This document shows, one piece after another, positions 1 through 15,968 of a stretch of 64,000 nt of DNA. The position numbers and the translations under genes were made by a program. Every line of letters starts with the position of its first letter. Position 1 is the stretch's first letter. The notes under the pieces are model-generated. The model searched no databases. It worked only from the letters and a program-made list of their open reading frames with translations, and had not been told where the DNA came from. Source of the stretch: Chrysomallon squamiferum (Eukaryota > Animalia > Mollusca); assembly GCA_012295275.1 (NCBI GenBank), contig CM022666.1, positions 4,092,001 to 4,156,000 on the forward strand, in the 5' to 3' direction.

Positions 1-494
1 GAAACATCTTTCTTCAAAAATTATGACATGACTGAAATATTGCTGGTAAAACATCTTAAAATAAAACACTAAATGTGATTCTAAACTACAGAAATTAAAT
101 TAATAATATATTCATGAAATAAATATTGATAATATCCATTCGTTTTTTTTTCGTTGTTTACAGTATGGATTTTTCCCAATATATTTTTTACTTTTTAAAA
201 TTGATTAGTTTGGAAAAATTAGTATTAGAAAATTATTATAATTTTAGAGTTCTATACTGAAAGCTAAGTATGTTTACATTTGATGTGCTATCTTTATTTA
301 TTATTATTATTAGTATTATTATTGTTATTAATATTATTATTATTAATTAATTAAATTATTTATTTATTTATGTATTTATCTGTTTATTTATTTGTTTATT
401 TATTTATTTAATTATATATTTATTTATTTATTTATTTATTTATTTGCTTATTTATTTATTTTTTTTTTTTTTTTTTTTTTTTTTGTTTATTTGT

Positions 495-549
<55 letters not shown>

Positions 550-556
550 CTTACAG

Positions 557-1431
557 GATTTGTCCCAGTATGATTATGATGAGATGGTCCGTCATTCCAT
601 GCATCTGTTAAATCGTTATTTCTCAGCTCATCATAACCTGTTTAGCAGAGCAGTGCAGGCACAGGTTAGATATCAGATTTTATTACACACACACTTTAAT
701 TTTAAACATCAGTATTAAGATATCAGTTTTATTACACACACACTTTAATTATATAACATTAATATCAAGATATCAGATTTTATTACACACACACTTTAAT
801 TTTTAAACATTAATATCAATATATCATATTTTATTATACAATTACTTTAATTTTTAAACATCAGTATTAAAATTTCAGATTTTATTAAATACATATTTTA
901 ATTATTAAAAATGAATATAAAGATATCAGTTTTTATTAAACACTTTCTTTAATCATTAAATGTTAATATTAAATAACGCGATGTATTATTAGAAATATTA
1001 CATCATTATTTCAGTTACTAAAGTCAGAGTGATAGTTGGTACAAAGGACTCTTTATAATAAATTGGAGGATATTTAATATCATATCTGAAAACATTTAAA
1101 AACAATTATACAGAGATTTGTTTTTAATAATATTAATGACTGCTTTCCAATCCATCCAACACCCAAAAGTTAGATTATCAAAGTTAATACATTGTATTTT
1201 CCTGTTTATGAGAGTATCAACATAAAAAAAATCCTTTGCTGTTAATTTATAAGAATATAGCAGAAGCTGATTTCTTTTCTTGCTATAACAAAAATCATGT
1301 GACTAACACTTGTTATCTATTTCTCAGGGGAGCTGGGTATAAGGTGTTGCCCATTTGTGTTTTGAAATTTATTTATTTATTTATTTATTATTATTATTGT
1401 CATCATCATATCATTATCATTATTATTATTA

Positions 1432-1472
<41 letters not shown>

Positions 1473-3533
1473 TTAATTATCTATATATTTATTTATTTAT
1501 TTTTATATTATATTATCTTATATTTTTATTTATTTATTTTTTATTTATTTATTTATTTACTTATTTTTAATTTTAGAAAATTAAAAAATTTAATTTTATT
1601 ATTTATTTTATATATAGGTTCTCATAACAGACAAATGTGTAGATGTTGTGAATTCTTTGAAGACAATGTTGCCATCACTGCGACGTCTGGCAACAGCCAA
1701 ACTGAACACCGACCAAGTGAACGAACTGACAGACATAATGTCGGAACTGATAAAGTTAGTACACAAAGTTGTCCAGTAGATTTCATTACTGTTTATTTCA
1801 AATCATTAATCTGAAAGGGAAAAACCTGGTTAATTTAATTTTAGAAAAATATAAAACAAAGAGTTATATTTGTGTGTGTGTATGCGTGTTTGTGTGTGTT
1901 GATGTTAGAGTGTGTATGTATGTGTGTTGGTGTGTTGATAAGTCTATGGGTGTATGGTGTGTTTTTCTCTGAGTATGTCTATGTGTGTCTTTGTGAAAAA
2001 GATTTTGTCTGTTTGTATGTAAGTTTGTTTAGAACTAATTATTTTAAAAGATGTTTTATTTTAAAATAATTATAACAACAACAACAACAACAATAATAAT
2101 AAAAAAATAAAAATAAAATTTACTGTATTTTATAAACACTTAAATTTTTAAAATTTATTTTTCAGATATGCTCATCTCGAAGGAGAGCCTGAAGAAAATC
2201 ACATGATGAACCAGTGTATTCTTTACAACCATGGTAAGTGCTGCCTTGTTCTGTAATCTCTTCACTCCTCTAAAACACTATTTTTAACACTGTGTGAAGC
2301 CAATATCCAAGGAATATCTGTCAGAACATATATTATTTAACCTTTAGTGGATATCTGCACATTTTAGATGGTTGAAAATTACACTGTATAATAATTATTG
2401 TTTTTTTTTCAGGTATTTTGGAAGACTGTTTTACTATCCTGTCTCAGGAGATAGATGTTAAGTTGCTGGTAAGTCTGTTATTGCACATCTAACTGTATAA
2501 TATTTACGTTTACTTACTAGTACGTTTATTATTAAATATTGTTATGAAAATATTTATACCTTTTTCTTTATTTTTCTTTATAATATGTTTTGATACTGTC
2601 TGTGTACAGTGATATTTCAGAATTTAATACTAACTTTAATTATTTATGAATAAATATTAAGTATTTTATTATTAGTATTTTTTTAAATTATTATTTCCAA
2701 ACGCAATGACTGTTGATATTTTAAAACAATTTTTTTTATATTTTCCAGGATCAGTATAGTGGAATGAGGCAGGTTCTTGGCAAAACCTTTTTGTTGTTGA
2801 GGTCAATGGCTCGAAACAACAAACAAGTTCAAGGTCGTCTGTTTGACAGGCTCGACCTACTTTTGTCAAAAGAAGGTGCTCCCCATGAATTAGCTGATGC
2901 AATAACTGAGGTAGAACAATTATTATTATGATTATTTTTATTTTATTTTTTCAATTGTGTATATATAATTCTGCTTAGCATACAAATTTTATACAACATA
3001 AAAAAAGCTGGTTTTCGCTAAGTGACAGAATGCTTGCCATAGGACATAAAAAGAGCTTATTGTGCTGATTCATAGAATAGTAGGATCAATCCTCCTTACT
3101 GTGCATTTTGTATAATTAACCATTCTAGCCAGGGCTCCATTGTATGTATGTGAATGTGAAAAATTACTATTAAGATCCTTTGAAGCTAAATGAAAAGAGA
3201 AGCCTATAAATTGCAAGCAGTTTGCTTTCTTACTTGAATAATAATCATTGCTGTAAACAGCAACAACATTATAGGATTGAAACTGAAATAGTTTTTATTA
3301 ATATCAAAATGGAAGTGTCCAAAAATTAATTCATTTAATTAGTTTCTTCTTTAATTCATTCATATTCTTTGGACTAAAATTATTATTATTATTGTTAGTA
3401 GTAGTACTACTACTACAACTACTATTATTATTACTATGATTATTACTACTACTACTATGATGACTAGTACTACTATTATTACTATTACTACTATTACTAC
3501 TATTATTATTATTACTATTACTATGATTATTAT

Positions 3534-3570
<37 letters not shown>

Positions 3571-3584
3571 GCTACTACTACTAC

Positions 3585-3618
<34 letters not shown>

Positions 3619-3951
3619 TATTCATATTCTTTAAAGACATAATTTGTAACGATTTCACCCAATAACGTTCATCAATTCATTCTCAGGTGTTCACTGGAAA
3701 CTCCAGCACCTGTATGAAGATACAGAGTCACCAAGTGCAGAAAATCATGAGTCTGGTTGCCAAGCACCGGGCAGAGGTTCCACAGTTCCTGGACCTGCTC
3801 AGTGCCGTTGTGAAGGTGGAGGAACTGGATCTGCCCCTGAAACGAAACCAGGGCTACGTGATGACCTACTTCATGCAGTTCAGAGCTGAGATTGCCCAGG
3901 TGATTGACCAGCCAGAGCAGGAAAGGTAAGATAGTGATTTTTTTACATCAT

Positions 3952-3991
<40 letters not shown>

Positions 3992-4102
3992 ACACATTTG
4001 TATGTGTGTATGTGTACATGGTTGTGCATGTGAGCATGAATATACATGTATATGTGAATTTTTGTGTTTATGCATATGTATGTATGTATGTATGTATATA
4101 TA

Positions 4103-4154
<52 letters not shown>

Positions 4155-4622
4155 ACAAATTACAATCACACTGAGATCATGAATAATTGTAAAGAATCCA
4201 TGCATGTTCATTGTAATTTTTAAAAATTATTTTTCTATTTTTCAGGGAGAGAATCTTAACAGGGAAAGATTCTGAAGAACTGAATTACCTCATTGCCATG
4301 GTTGACCTGCTGGCTACCTGCGCTGAGGTTAGCAGTTAGTTTGTTAGTTATTTAGAGAGGGAGGGAGGGAGTTAGTTTGTTAGTTATTTAGAGAGGGAGG
4401 GAGGGAGTTAGTTTGTCATCTAATTTGACATTTCATCTCACTCTCTGTCTTTATGTGTGATATCTTTTTCTTTCTCTCTTTCTTTCACTTTCTGTGCCTC
4501 TATCCTTTTTTGTTACCTCTCTCTTCCTCTTTCTCTGTAAATTTGTTTCTCCCTCTCTCTCTTTCTCTGTTTCTGCTTCTCTTTTCTCTTTCCTTTTATC
4601 TCTCTCTCATTCTTTTTTCTCA

Positions 4623-4662
<40 letters not shown>

Positions 4663-4751
4663 GTGTGTGTGTATCTCTCTCTCTTTCTCCCTTTCCTTCA
4701 TTCTCTCTCTCTCTCTTTCTGACTCTCTCCTTTTAAACCCATTTCTGTACA

Positions 4752-4845
<94 letters not shown>

Positions 4846-5708
4846 ACATATCACTACAAAACTAACTAAACTTTCTGTGTTATGTTTTTTTTCAGGGTGA
4901 AAACCGTTTCATTGAGTCTATATGTCAGACCATCTTCAAGATTCCCGAGCTTCTGCAGGTCCTCAACAACAAGTCTGTGAACAACAACTTGAAAAGACCT
5001 TTCCTGAGGTTTCTGCTCTGGGTGTACATGAACACAGCCAGTGGGATGATTGACAGTGGGGCAGGAGACCTCCCCCATGACCGGTCAGTCTCTGTTTTAT
5101 AAAATGTGTGTGTGGTCTAAATCTGGTGTACGTTCTGTGTTAAATTTGGTGGATGTTCTGTGTTAATTTACTTAGTGTTGTCTGCTATAGTTCTAAATTT
5201 GACTAAATATTGGAGTAATCATTTGACAAGATCAGATATGGTCTGTAATAGTGAAATCATTAACTCATGTCAAGCAATAAAATAATTATTTTTATTAAAA
5301 TAATATATATGCAAGTTCCTCTACCTGTGTCTTTCACTCTAACCCTCTTTCTTTCTCACTGTCTTATCTCTCTCTCTGTCTATCTATCTATCTATATATA
5401 TATAAATGTCTATCTATATATATATATATCTGTCTGTCTATCTATATATCTGCCTGTTTTTCAGTCCCTTCTTCTGTTCATCCATGTCTCTGTTTGTTTA
5501 TCTCAGGAGGTATTTAAGTGAACTGAGAGTTTTTTGTTTAAAATGAACATTATATTATTTATATGATTATATGATAAAAGTTACTATTATTGTTGTTATT
5601 GTTATTATTAATATTGTTATTGCTATTATTATTGTTGTTGTTGTTAATAATAATCATAACAATAACAACAACAATAATAATAATAATAATATTATTGTTA
5701 TTATTACA

Positions 5709-5761
<53 letters not shown>

Positions 5762-5811
5762 TATCATTATTATTATTATTATTATTATTTTATTATTATT
5801 ATTATTATTAC

Positions 5812-5865
<54 letters not shown>

Positions 5866-6188
5866 TAAATGAATAATTAAACTGTTTTTCTGTTTTGCCA
5901 GCATGTTGTATTCCTACATAGACAGTCTGAACAGTGAACTCAGTAGAGTTACCCAGTTTATTCTGAAAAATCCTGATGCTACAAAACAACTGCTAAAAAG
6001 ACCCCCTGTGAAAAGGTGTGTACTGTCTGTTTAATTTCTTCTTCTTTCCTTTTTATTTGTATTTCATTCATATTATTAATCTTTCTGTTTCATTTATATA
6101 TATATGTGTGTGTGGATGTGTGTGTGTATATATATATATATCCTTTTTATTTGTATTTCATTCATATTATTAATCTTTCTGTTTCATT

Positions 6189-6244
<56 letters not shown>

Positions 6245-6597
6245 TATTAATTTCTGTTTCATTTTATATATATGTGTGTGTGTGTTTAAATATATATATA
6301 TGTATGTGTGTGTGTGTTTTATATATATATATGTGTGTGTGTGTATATATATATATATATTATTAACACACACACATATATTATTAATACTGTTATTATA
6401 TTTAGGCCTGTTTATATGTTTGTTTATATTCTTTGTCATAATATGATTTTTGCTATTATGTACTTTCTTTATTTTTATTACTTTTGTTTATTACAGTGCT
6501 TGACTTATTTGTCATACTTTTTTTCTGTTATTGTTGATGTTTTTATTAAAGCTAGTTTTATTATTATTACAATTATTATTATTACTATTCTTCTTCA

Positions 6598-6643
<46 letters not shown>

Positions 6644-7311
6644 TAGAATGTTTTATGTTTCCTGTTTTTGTTTTCATTTGTCTGTATTTTTTATTTGTTT
6701 GTCCACAGATTTTCCAATAATTCAAAATCTAGTTATGGGTAAATTAATTAACTAATAATAGATGAAATTAATACTGTGTGTGTATTTGTATTTTGTTTTT
6801 AACCATATTAATAAAGTTGTAACTAAAACATTGTAGCAACGTAATTTAAATTAGAAATAATACTAGATCATTTTTTTTTTAATAATTAAATTAATTCCTT
6901 TAATTATTAAGAATAATAACAATTATAGTGTCAGATATTATGTGGAGGACTGTAAAATGTTTTAACAGCATGAATATATAAAACAAAGTATTAGAATGTA
7001 ATACGTAGCATAGAAGTAAAACATTTTAAATTGTAGGAATTTAAAAAATACTTTGTATAACTGTTTGTATTCTTTTTTTCATTTTTACTAACTTTGTTAT
7101 AATTCAAGGAACATTGTATTACAAAACAATGTTTATAGGTGAAGGGATTTTATGTATAAATGATAAGTAGTTTTCATGGTTAATACAAGTATTCCAGAGA
7201 TGTATAAAATGTTTTTATCTAAATAAATTTTAGATATGATTAATTTGTATGTAGAGTAAGAGTTTGGCACTCAAAAGCTGTAATATTTTTTTTATTCTGT
7301 TCTTATATATA

Positions 7312-7357
<46 letters not shown>

Positions 7358-7639
7358 TTTGGTAATTTTTTTATAAATACTGAAAAACAAATGACATTTT
7401 CTCCACTCTTTCCTCTTTCCTGTTTTCATCTTCTCCATCTGTTTCCTCTATAGATTTTTTTTAAATATTGAAGTACTCAGAATTATACCAAAAGACTGAT
7501 AAAATTTAATTTCAAAGTATTAAATGCTTAGTTTATTTTCATTTTATTTATTTATTCTTTTATTTTATTATTATTATTATTATTGCTGTTATTATTATTA
7601 TTATTGTTACTGCTGTTATTATTGTTATTGTTATTGTTA

Positions 7640-7684
<45 letters not shown>

Positions 7685-10600
7685 TAGATATTTGTTTCAT
7701 ATATTATTGTATAAACAAACAGACAAATATATACAACCATGCACACACACACTCACACACACACTTACACACACACACAAACTTACATAAAACCTATTAA
7801 TATTAATGACATTACCTGTATGCTCATTACTTATTCACTAAAATTATTTTCATATCTTGTTCAAAAATGTTTTACACAGATACCACTAGATGTAACAAAT
7901 AAAATAATCAGATGTTTTGTTTTCAGTGATCGGGGAAATACTGAACAGGAACTGGTGAGAGGAACTCTGCACTACCTGTTTGATGGAGTGATGCCATTTT
8001 TACAGGTAAGACTCAGGTGTATGCAGGTGAACATTTTAACTGCTGTAGAGATTTTACTTGTTTGACAAAGTGGTGCTATTTTACAGGTAAGTGTTAGGTA
8101 CCTCAGGTAAAAATTATAATCGTTTTGACTTGTTTGACAGAAATATGCTAATTTACAGGTAAGTCTGAGGTATGTACAGTTAAAATTTTACCTGTCTGTT
8201 TGGTGTGATACTTTTTGATCAGGTAAATCTTTGGTATATCGAGGCATCTGACTCATCGATTGTGACATTGAAAATTCAACCATTAACAAATTAATTTAGG
8301 GTATAAAGATAAAAAAAAAAAAAAAAAAAAGCCTATAGAACTTTTACTGAAATGAAAAATATACACTATTTATAGAAACAGATCTAGAATGCCAGATGAT
8401 AAGGAAGACACAGTTCTTTGAGATTTTACCTTTTTAATGAAATTATATCTTTTTTTTTATATAAATAAAATATTGGTAAACAAACATAATTTCTATTACA
8501 AATGATCACCGAGTAGAGCTATATTAAATGATACATTAAATAACTGCAGTTAGATTGTATTCAGAGTCTAAATTTAAAACTTATTAGCAAAACACTGAAT
8601 ATTTTTACTAATTGATTGATAATTCTAAAAAATTTATTGTTTTCCTTCTTCATTTGTTCATATATGTTCTGATATTACACCATGCCCTGTGTTATATTTC
8701 AGATATTTTGCCGTAGTTATTATCAGCCTGATGAAACCATGTTTCCTGGGGAGTTGGCATCCTTGTCAAAACTAACAGTATCACTTGAGGTTAGTTTTTA
8801 ACTTTTGTTTCTTTAGCTTTAACTAATATTCACAGAACATTATTGTTATGTACAATGTGTATAGTTTTGTTATTACTGTTATTAATTACATTTAAAAAAA
8901 ATCAATAAAATAAACATTATTTATTAAATAAAAAAATATATATATAGTTTTATTATTCCTATTATTTATTACATTTTTTTTTTAAAAACCCAAATTAACA
9001 TTATTTACATTAGTTTTTAAGTACAGTGTATATTATTTTATTATTATAATTATCATCACATTTAAAAAACCCTAAATCTAAACATTATTCACACTATTTT
9101 TATGTACAAATGTATACAGACATATTATTCTTGTATTATGTTCTATCATTAAATATAAACATGTATATAGTTTTATAATTAATACCTTCATTCATTGTTA
9201 ATGAATATGATCTGGATTCCTTTCACAAGAGTGAGCCACTGCATGAAACAAGGTTGTCAAATTTTAGATTAAAAATTTTATCTTCAGTTTTGATTTTTCA
9301 GCAATTTTTAGCAGCTGTGGCTCCTCTAATCAGCATAGAGAGACAGATGAAGTTGCTGGTCAGCGCAATGACAGCGTTGATGACAGCATCCAGTGCAGTA
9401 TCATCAAATGTGAGATAATATTAAAAAAAAATTGACGTTTTGTAGCTTTTGAATTTGTTTAATATAGATTGATGTGTTGGTTTTATCTCCATTTTCTGTT
9501 ATTGTTGTTGTTAATTCAGGTTAATGCAGTATCCTGTTAATTTTATTATCAGTTTATTATAGGATAATGGACATTTAATATATTTTTATATTTATGTTTT
9601 TTTTTGTTTTTTGTTTATTTGTTTGTTTATTTATTTATTTATTTATTTATTTATTATATATTTATTTCATTATTTATTTATTTTCCTATATATTTATTTA
9701 TTTAACTGTATTTTACCTTTTGTGTTTTTAACATTTATTTGTTTTATATAATTTTTTATCTTTTACTTTTTACTTTTGTTATAATTTATCTTTTATTTAC
9801 TTTTGTTTATTTACTTTTACTTATATATACTTACATTCATTTATAACATTTCATTTACTTATTCATTAATATTGTTTATGTATTATTTATTTATTTATTT
9901 ATTTTTTTGTTTGTTTATTTATTTACTTATATATACTTATATTTATTTATCATGTTTCATTTACTTACTCATTAATATTGTTTACATATTATTTATTTAT
10001 CTATTTATTTATTTATTTATTTTCAGAAAATGCAAGAGTTCCATGAAAAGTATGGTGGAGGTGTTGGATCGCAGGATGTGAGAAGTGATGCCAGAAAGGT
10101 GAAGATTTCCTCAAGGGAGATTACTCTACAAACTAAATATTTTCCCACAGACATTCGAGTTTTTCTTTTTACAACTCACTTCACAAAGTGCTGATATTTA
10201 CACAAACAAATACATATGCATGTGCATGCCTCTTCATGCAATCAGATGTGTTTTATTATTAACAACAGTACATGTGTACATGGGTATAATATTGTAATGG
10301 ATATTAGCATTAAGACATATATGCATTATTTCATATGATTTAGTGCAATACTGATTAATTTATTATGGTTTGATTTGTTAAAAGTATGTTAAATTATTTA
10401 TTTATTTATTTATTTTATCTATTAATTTTATCTCCCTGTCTGTCTATCTATCTGCTTATTTATTTATGTTATTTATTTATTTATTATTAAAGAATTTATT
10501 TATTTATGTTATTTATTTATTTATTATTAATCAATTTATTTATTTATTTATTTATTTATTTAATTATTTATTTGTTATTTATTTACTTATTTAATTTTTT

Positions 10601-10685
10601 TGTAATTTGCTTGTTTATTTGTTATTTATTTATTTATTTATTTTTATATTTATTTATTTATGTAATTTATTTGATTGTTTGGTTG

Positions 10686-10716
<31 letters not shown>

Positions 10717-12315
10717 TGTAATTTATTTATTTATCCAACAGAAATATGAGGAATATTTTGCCAGTGAGGAGGAGATTAACGACAAGCTGAACATCTTTGC
10801 TCAGAACATGCACTTAGCATACGGCGGAGTAAACGATGTTGTCACACAGATCGGCTTCAACAGCAAAGCACGTATGTAATGGACCCAGTAAACTGTCTGG
10901 CTATTTTATCTTTGTTTGTTTGTGAATGTATTACTCTATATATATGTATAACTGCACCTGCATATCTTTTTGTTTATCAGTACATCTGTGTGTTTGTCTT
11001 TCTGTCTATCTATCCATCTGTATTTGTTTATTTTCTGTCTAAACAAATTGTCACTATGTTTCCACACAGTTTTGTATCTGTCTTTTCTTCTACTATTTCT
11101 TTCTTACATTCATATTTCTAAATGTTAGTGTGACTGTATATAGGAATCTTTCTATTCTTTGGAGTATACACTTTATTTTTATTATTATTATTATTTTATT
11201 TTATTTTTTTGTTATCTTATCTGTTTATCTCTCTATCTATCTATCTATTTATCTATCTAAATGTCTATCTGTATATCTATTTTTTTTTTTTTTTTTTTAT
11301 TCTATTTTTATTTGACTATCTATCTATCTAAAAATGTATCTATCTGCCTATCTATTTATTTTAATTTTAATTTTAATTTTATTTTATTCTATTCTATTTT
11401 TATTTTCTATCTGTCTGTTTATTTTATTTTTTTTATATTTTATTTAATTTAATTTTATTCTGTTTTATTTGATTCTGTTTTATTTATCTAAAAATTGTTC
11501 TATCTGTTTACTTATTATTACTATTATTACTATTATTATTCTATTTTATTTGTAGCTTACTCTGAGGTAGGGGGAGATGAGGAGTTGCCTCTAGGGGGAG
11601 AATTTCAGGATCACTTGAAATGTTTTATAAACATCACAGCCAGGAACCCACTTGACAGATACAAGAGGGCGGAGAAACTCGTTCAGCAGCTTGGGTCAGT
11701 ATCAAAGACAGAATAAATAAAAAGAAGAAAAAAGAATGAATAATTAAATGAATAAATAAATGAATGAGTTATGTATATTACAGGCTGTTCTTAAAATATT
11801 TCCTTACAAATAAACACTGTATACTATATATGGCTCATACCCATAGCTTTATAAATCAAGGATAGTTGATCTATACATGGAGAAATAAAGAATAACAAAT
11901 GAATGAATGAATGGAGGGTGAATAATGAATAAACAAGTAATGAATGACTGAAGGAATAAACAAATAAAGAATGTGACCACAGATTAAAGAATAACAGTAA
12001 AGTCTCAAGCAGATCACAGATATACTTTATGAATAATGTGAACAAAATGAGAACAAAACATTCATAAGATGTCCCTTTTCACTTTCAGGATTTCTGCGAA
12101 TCTTGTGAACCTGTCTGAGAAAGAAAGACTGGACCAGGCGGAACTGGACGTGAAGTGTCTGCAGCTGCTGCGAGGTCTGGTGTACAATGAGATTGTCAAA
12201 CTGCCGGAGGACTGGGAGGTCAACACGAAAAGCTGCAAAAAGTAAGAACAGGCTTTTGTTATTACACTCTGAGCCATTGTTGACACACACACTCACACAC
12301 ACACACACACAGTCT

Positions 12316-12346
<31 letters not shown>

Positions 12347-12347
12347 A

Positions 12348-12382
<35 letters not shown>

Positions 12383-15300
12383 ACACACACACACACACAC
12401 ACAAACTCACACACACACACACACACAACAGACACACACACTCACATACACACACATTCACACACACACACAAACAAACACACATATCTCAGTGACATCT
12501 AGTGGTTAGAGTGCTGGCATGAGGCATGATTGGTCAAAGGATCAGTTCTTCTTGGTTCCATCACTGGTCTGTTCCCCACTCCAGCCTATGCCCCATATTG
12601 GTTTTATTAAATGATGTTACACTTAATTTCCTGTTCGTGAGAAGGCTGGATGGAAAAAAAATCTCTTGATAAAAAGAGTTGCCCATAGGGCAGTAGCAGC
12701 AAGTTTCCTTTCTCTCATTATAGGAAATATTTGGGCTTTTATAACCAATGATACTTAAATGTTTTGTTCATTTGTCCATCCATCCATCCATCCATTAAAT
12801 TATTTATATATTTGCTAATTCATTTTTCATTTATCCTCACATAACCCATTTGTTAATTTGTTTTTCATGCATCCATTCAAAATACCAGTAAATACAAATT
12901 ATGTTTTCAGACACACCTAATTTTCACCTCTCACTACTTAAACTAAAACAAACTTTATTTTTATCAATGCACAGGCAGCTACAACAGATAGAAGATGTAC
13001 AAGTTGCTTTGAATGCCTACGGAGCCATTCTCAGCACACTAGACCACTTGTCTCGACCTCAGGATGACATCATCAGAGAGTTACTGGCCTTTCTCTCTTC
13101 TCTACTGTTTGGAGGAAATGAAGATGTACAGGTAAAGCATTTACAGTGAAGTGCCACAAAAAAAAAAAAAATAAAAAAAAAAAAATAATAATAATAAATA
13201 AATAAAAATAAATAAAATAATAATAATAATAATATAATAATAATAATAAAAATAATAATATATTAATAATAATAATCATAATAAAATAATAATAAAAATA
13301 ATATATATATATATATAAATAAATAAATAAATAATAAATAAATATAGGGCTGTTTCCTGTTCTAGTCAATACCCAATATATTGTATATGTCAAATAATTT
13401 TGTTTTCAATTCTATGGGTAGGTGTATATAACAGCAGAATTGGGTTTTCTCTCTCTGATATCTCTATCATGATCAAAATAATATCATTCCTTCATCTTAA
13501 TTATAAAATGTTTACTTTATATATTTTCAAACTTTCCTTTATACAGTACAGTATTCTTCTGAGACTAATAATAGCAATAAATTATATAATTTTAATATCT
13601 TTATTATACAATATTATTCCTTTAATTTGATTTTTAATACTTTTTATTGTTTTCTCTTACAGAACAGTATATATGAATATTTCACTGGTACTAGAGAAGA
13701 AACCTTCTTTTTTGCTATCAAGACCAGAATGCAGCTTTCAGCCTTGGCAACAAGAGAGAAGTAAGTAACACCTTACTTACCTCCAATTACCTGTAGAAAT
13801 AATTACAGGTAATTCATTGTGTTAAGCTACCATATTAAAATGAAGCTGTTTTTGAATGTATGTTTGAACTTTTTTTTTCATTTTCTTCATCATTGTCTTT
13901 CTTTGTCTATATCTCTGCCTCTCTCTCATTCATCTTCTTTCCACTAGATTATATATTCTTCTCTGTCTTTCTCTCCATCTTCTTTCTTTCTTTTTCTCTT
14001 CCTCTATCTCTGTCTTCATCTCTTAATCTGACTAACTCTGTTTGTGTTTTTCTACCACCATCTTTAATATAGTAAAGATTATTATCATTTTGTCCCAAGT
14101 TTCTAATAATATACATCTATTGCCAGGCGTCTGCTTCATGCAATGCATGTGGCCAAGGTTGAAGAACTTGTAGCCCAGGCCAAAGCTCTTCAGAAAGCAA
14201 TGAAGGAAGGGAACACAGTCGGAATGGTAAATCAAACTTGTTTTTAAACGTTTCTTTTACAGATATGATAAATGCTAGCAATATCCATTGTGTTTGTGAA
14301 AATGGTCAGGTAAACAAATGGAATAAAATGGTTTGGTTTTAGATAACTTCATTAACATAACACTTAGCCAAATCTTAATTGATTATCAAGAGTTGTAGTA
14401 AATACTATGGGAAGGCGCATATATAAGATATCTTACTGCTAATTAAGGGAGTTTCTGCTCTTGTATCATCATTATGCATTACATTATATATTAACAAAAT
14501 ATACAAGTATTCAGACACCTTTTATACATCTCCATGTATGTAGGAAAGTGAATACTAAAGAGCTCACTATGGGTGTAAGCAGGAGTTTTTTTCCTTTCAA
14601 ATCTTTCAATTTAAAAAATACATAAATTAAAAACAGTTAAATTTATAAAGTAATACTTTTAAACAGATATTCATACATTTATTCTTTATCATCATCATAA
14701 TCATCATTATCATCATCAGTAACTTCATCATTATTCTGCAACCTCAGTATTTCTTTCCAAATCTACTTTCTTGCACTATCCTCTGCATGATGATTCCTTT
14801 GCAGTATTCATCAGTTTTATCATTGCATCATCTCTCTGATTTTCCTCTAGACCACTGGTTTTCAACCTTTTTCATACCACAACCCCTTGTGAGCAACTCA
14901 ATTTGACTGATGACCCCTTTAAAATTTTTGATTCAATAATATCTAGGGTTACTATATTTTTTCATCAACCAAAGACAGTACAGAAGGAATCTATATTCAC
15001 TATGATGGGTCCCAAACCTGTCTACACATTTTTTTATTTATTCCTCCTTCCAAGTCAAGTTGAAATAAGCTAAAACATACCCTTGCTCCTGAACAAAAGC
15101 CCCCAGAAAAAAGGCTAGCAACCCCCAGGTTGAAAATTACGTACTTTAGACCATTTCTATTTGTTAATCAGAATTAATAACCTCATTTAATACAAAGAAT
15201 TGTTTAATGTGTTTTAAAGGAAAATATATTTTATTAATTCAGTACAATAATAATTTAGTTTTTCTTCTTTCTTCTTGCCAGGACTTGTTACTGGCCGGTC

Positions 15301-15471
15301 AGCTGGGGTCCATGTTGTCCATGGCCAAAAAGTCCAAAGTCAGTCTGCAGCCCTCGACACTGAAACGTGGCAAGGTAAACAAAAATGTTTTAAAATATTT
15401 AAAATAGCAGAGTAAAATGTTTGTTTAAATGTACGTCTGGTAGTGATAAAAATAAATAAATATTTAAATAA

Positions 15472-15507
<36 letters not shown>

Positions 15508-15521
15508 ATGTTATGTATGTA

Positions 15522-15552
<31 letters not shown>

Positions 15553-15929
15553 TATGTAGGTATGTGTGTTATGTACGTATATATGTATGTATGTATGTAT
15601 GTGTGTGTGTGTGTGTATGTTTGTATGTATGTGTGTATGTGTGTTATGTTATGTTATGTTGGTTTGTATGTATGATATCTGTGTATTGATTTTGTTGTCA
15701 CCTACAAAAAGTATACATGAAAACAAAATAGTTTTTAAATAACAAACTGGTCTTTTAAAATCTAAACCACCATTTAAATATCAAGAAGTAACTTGGAACA
15801 ATGTGTGTATATGTGTATCTGTCTGTCTGTCTGTCTCTATATGTGTTTGTGTGTATGTGCATGAGTATGCCCCAAATGATTGAAATTTATCTAGTCATTA
15901 CATCTTGCCACTGTATACAGTGATTGCAG

Positions 15930-15968
<39 letters not shown>

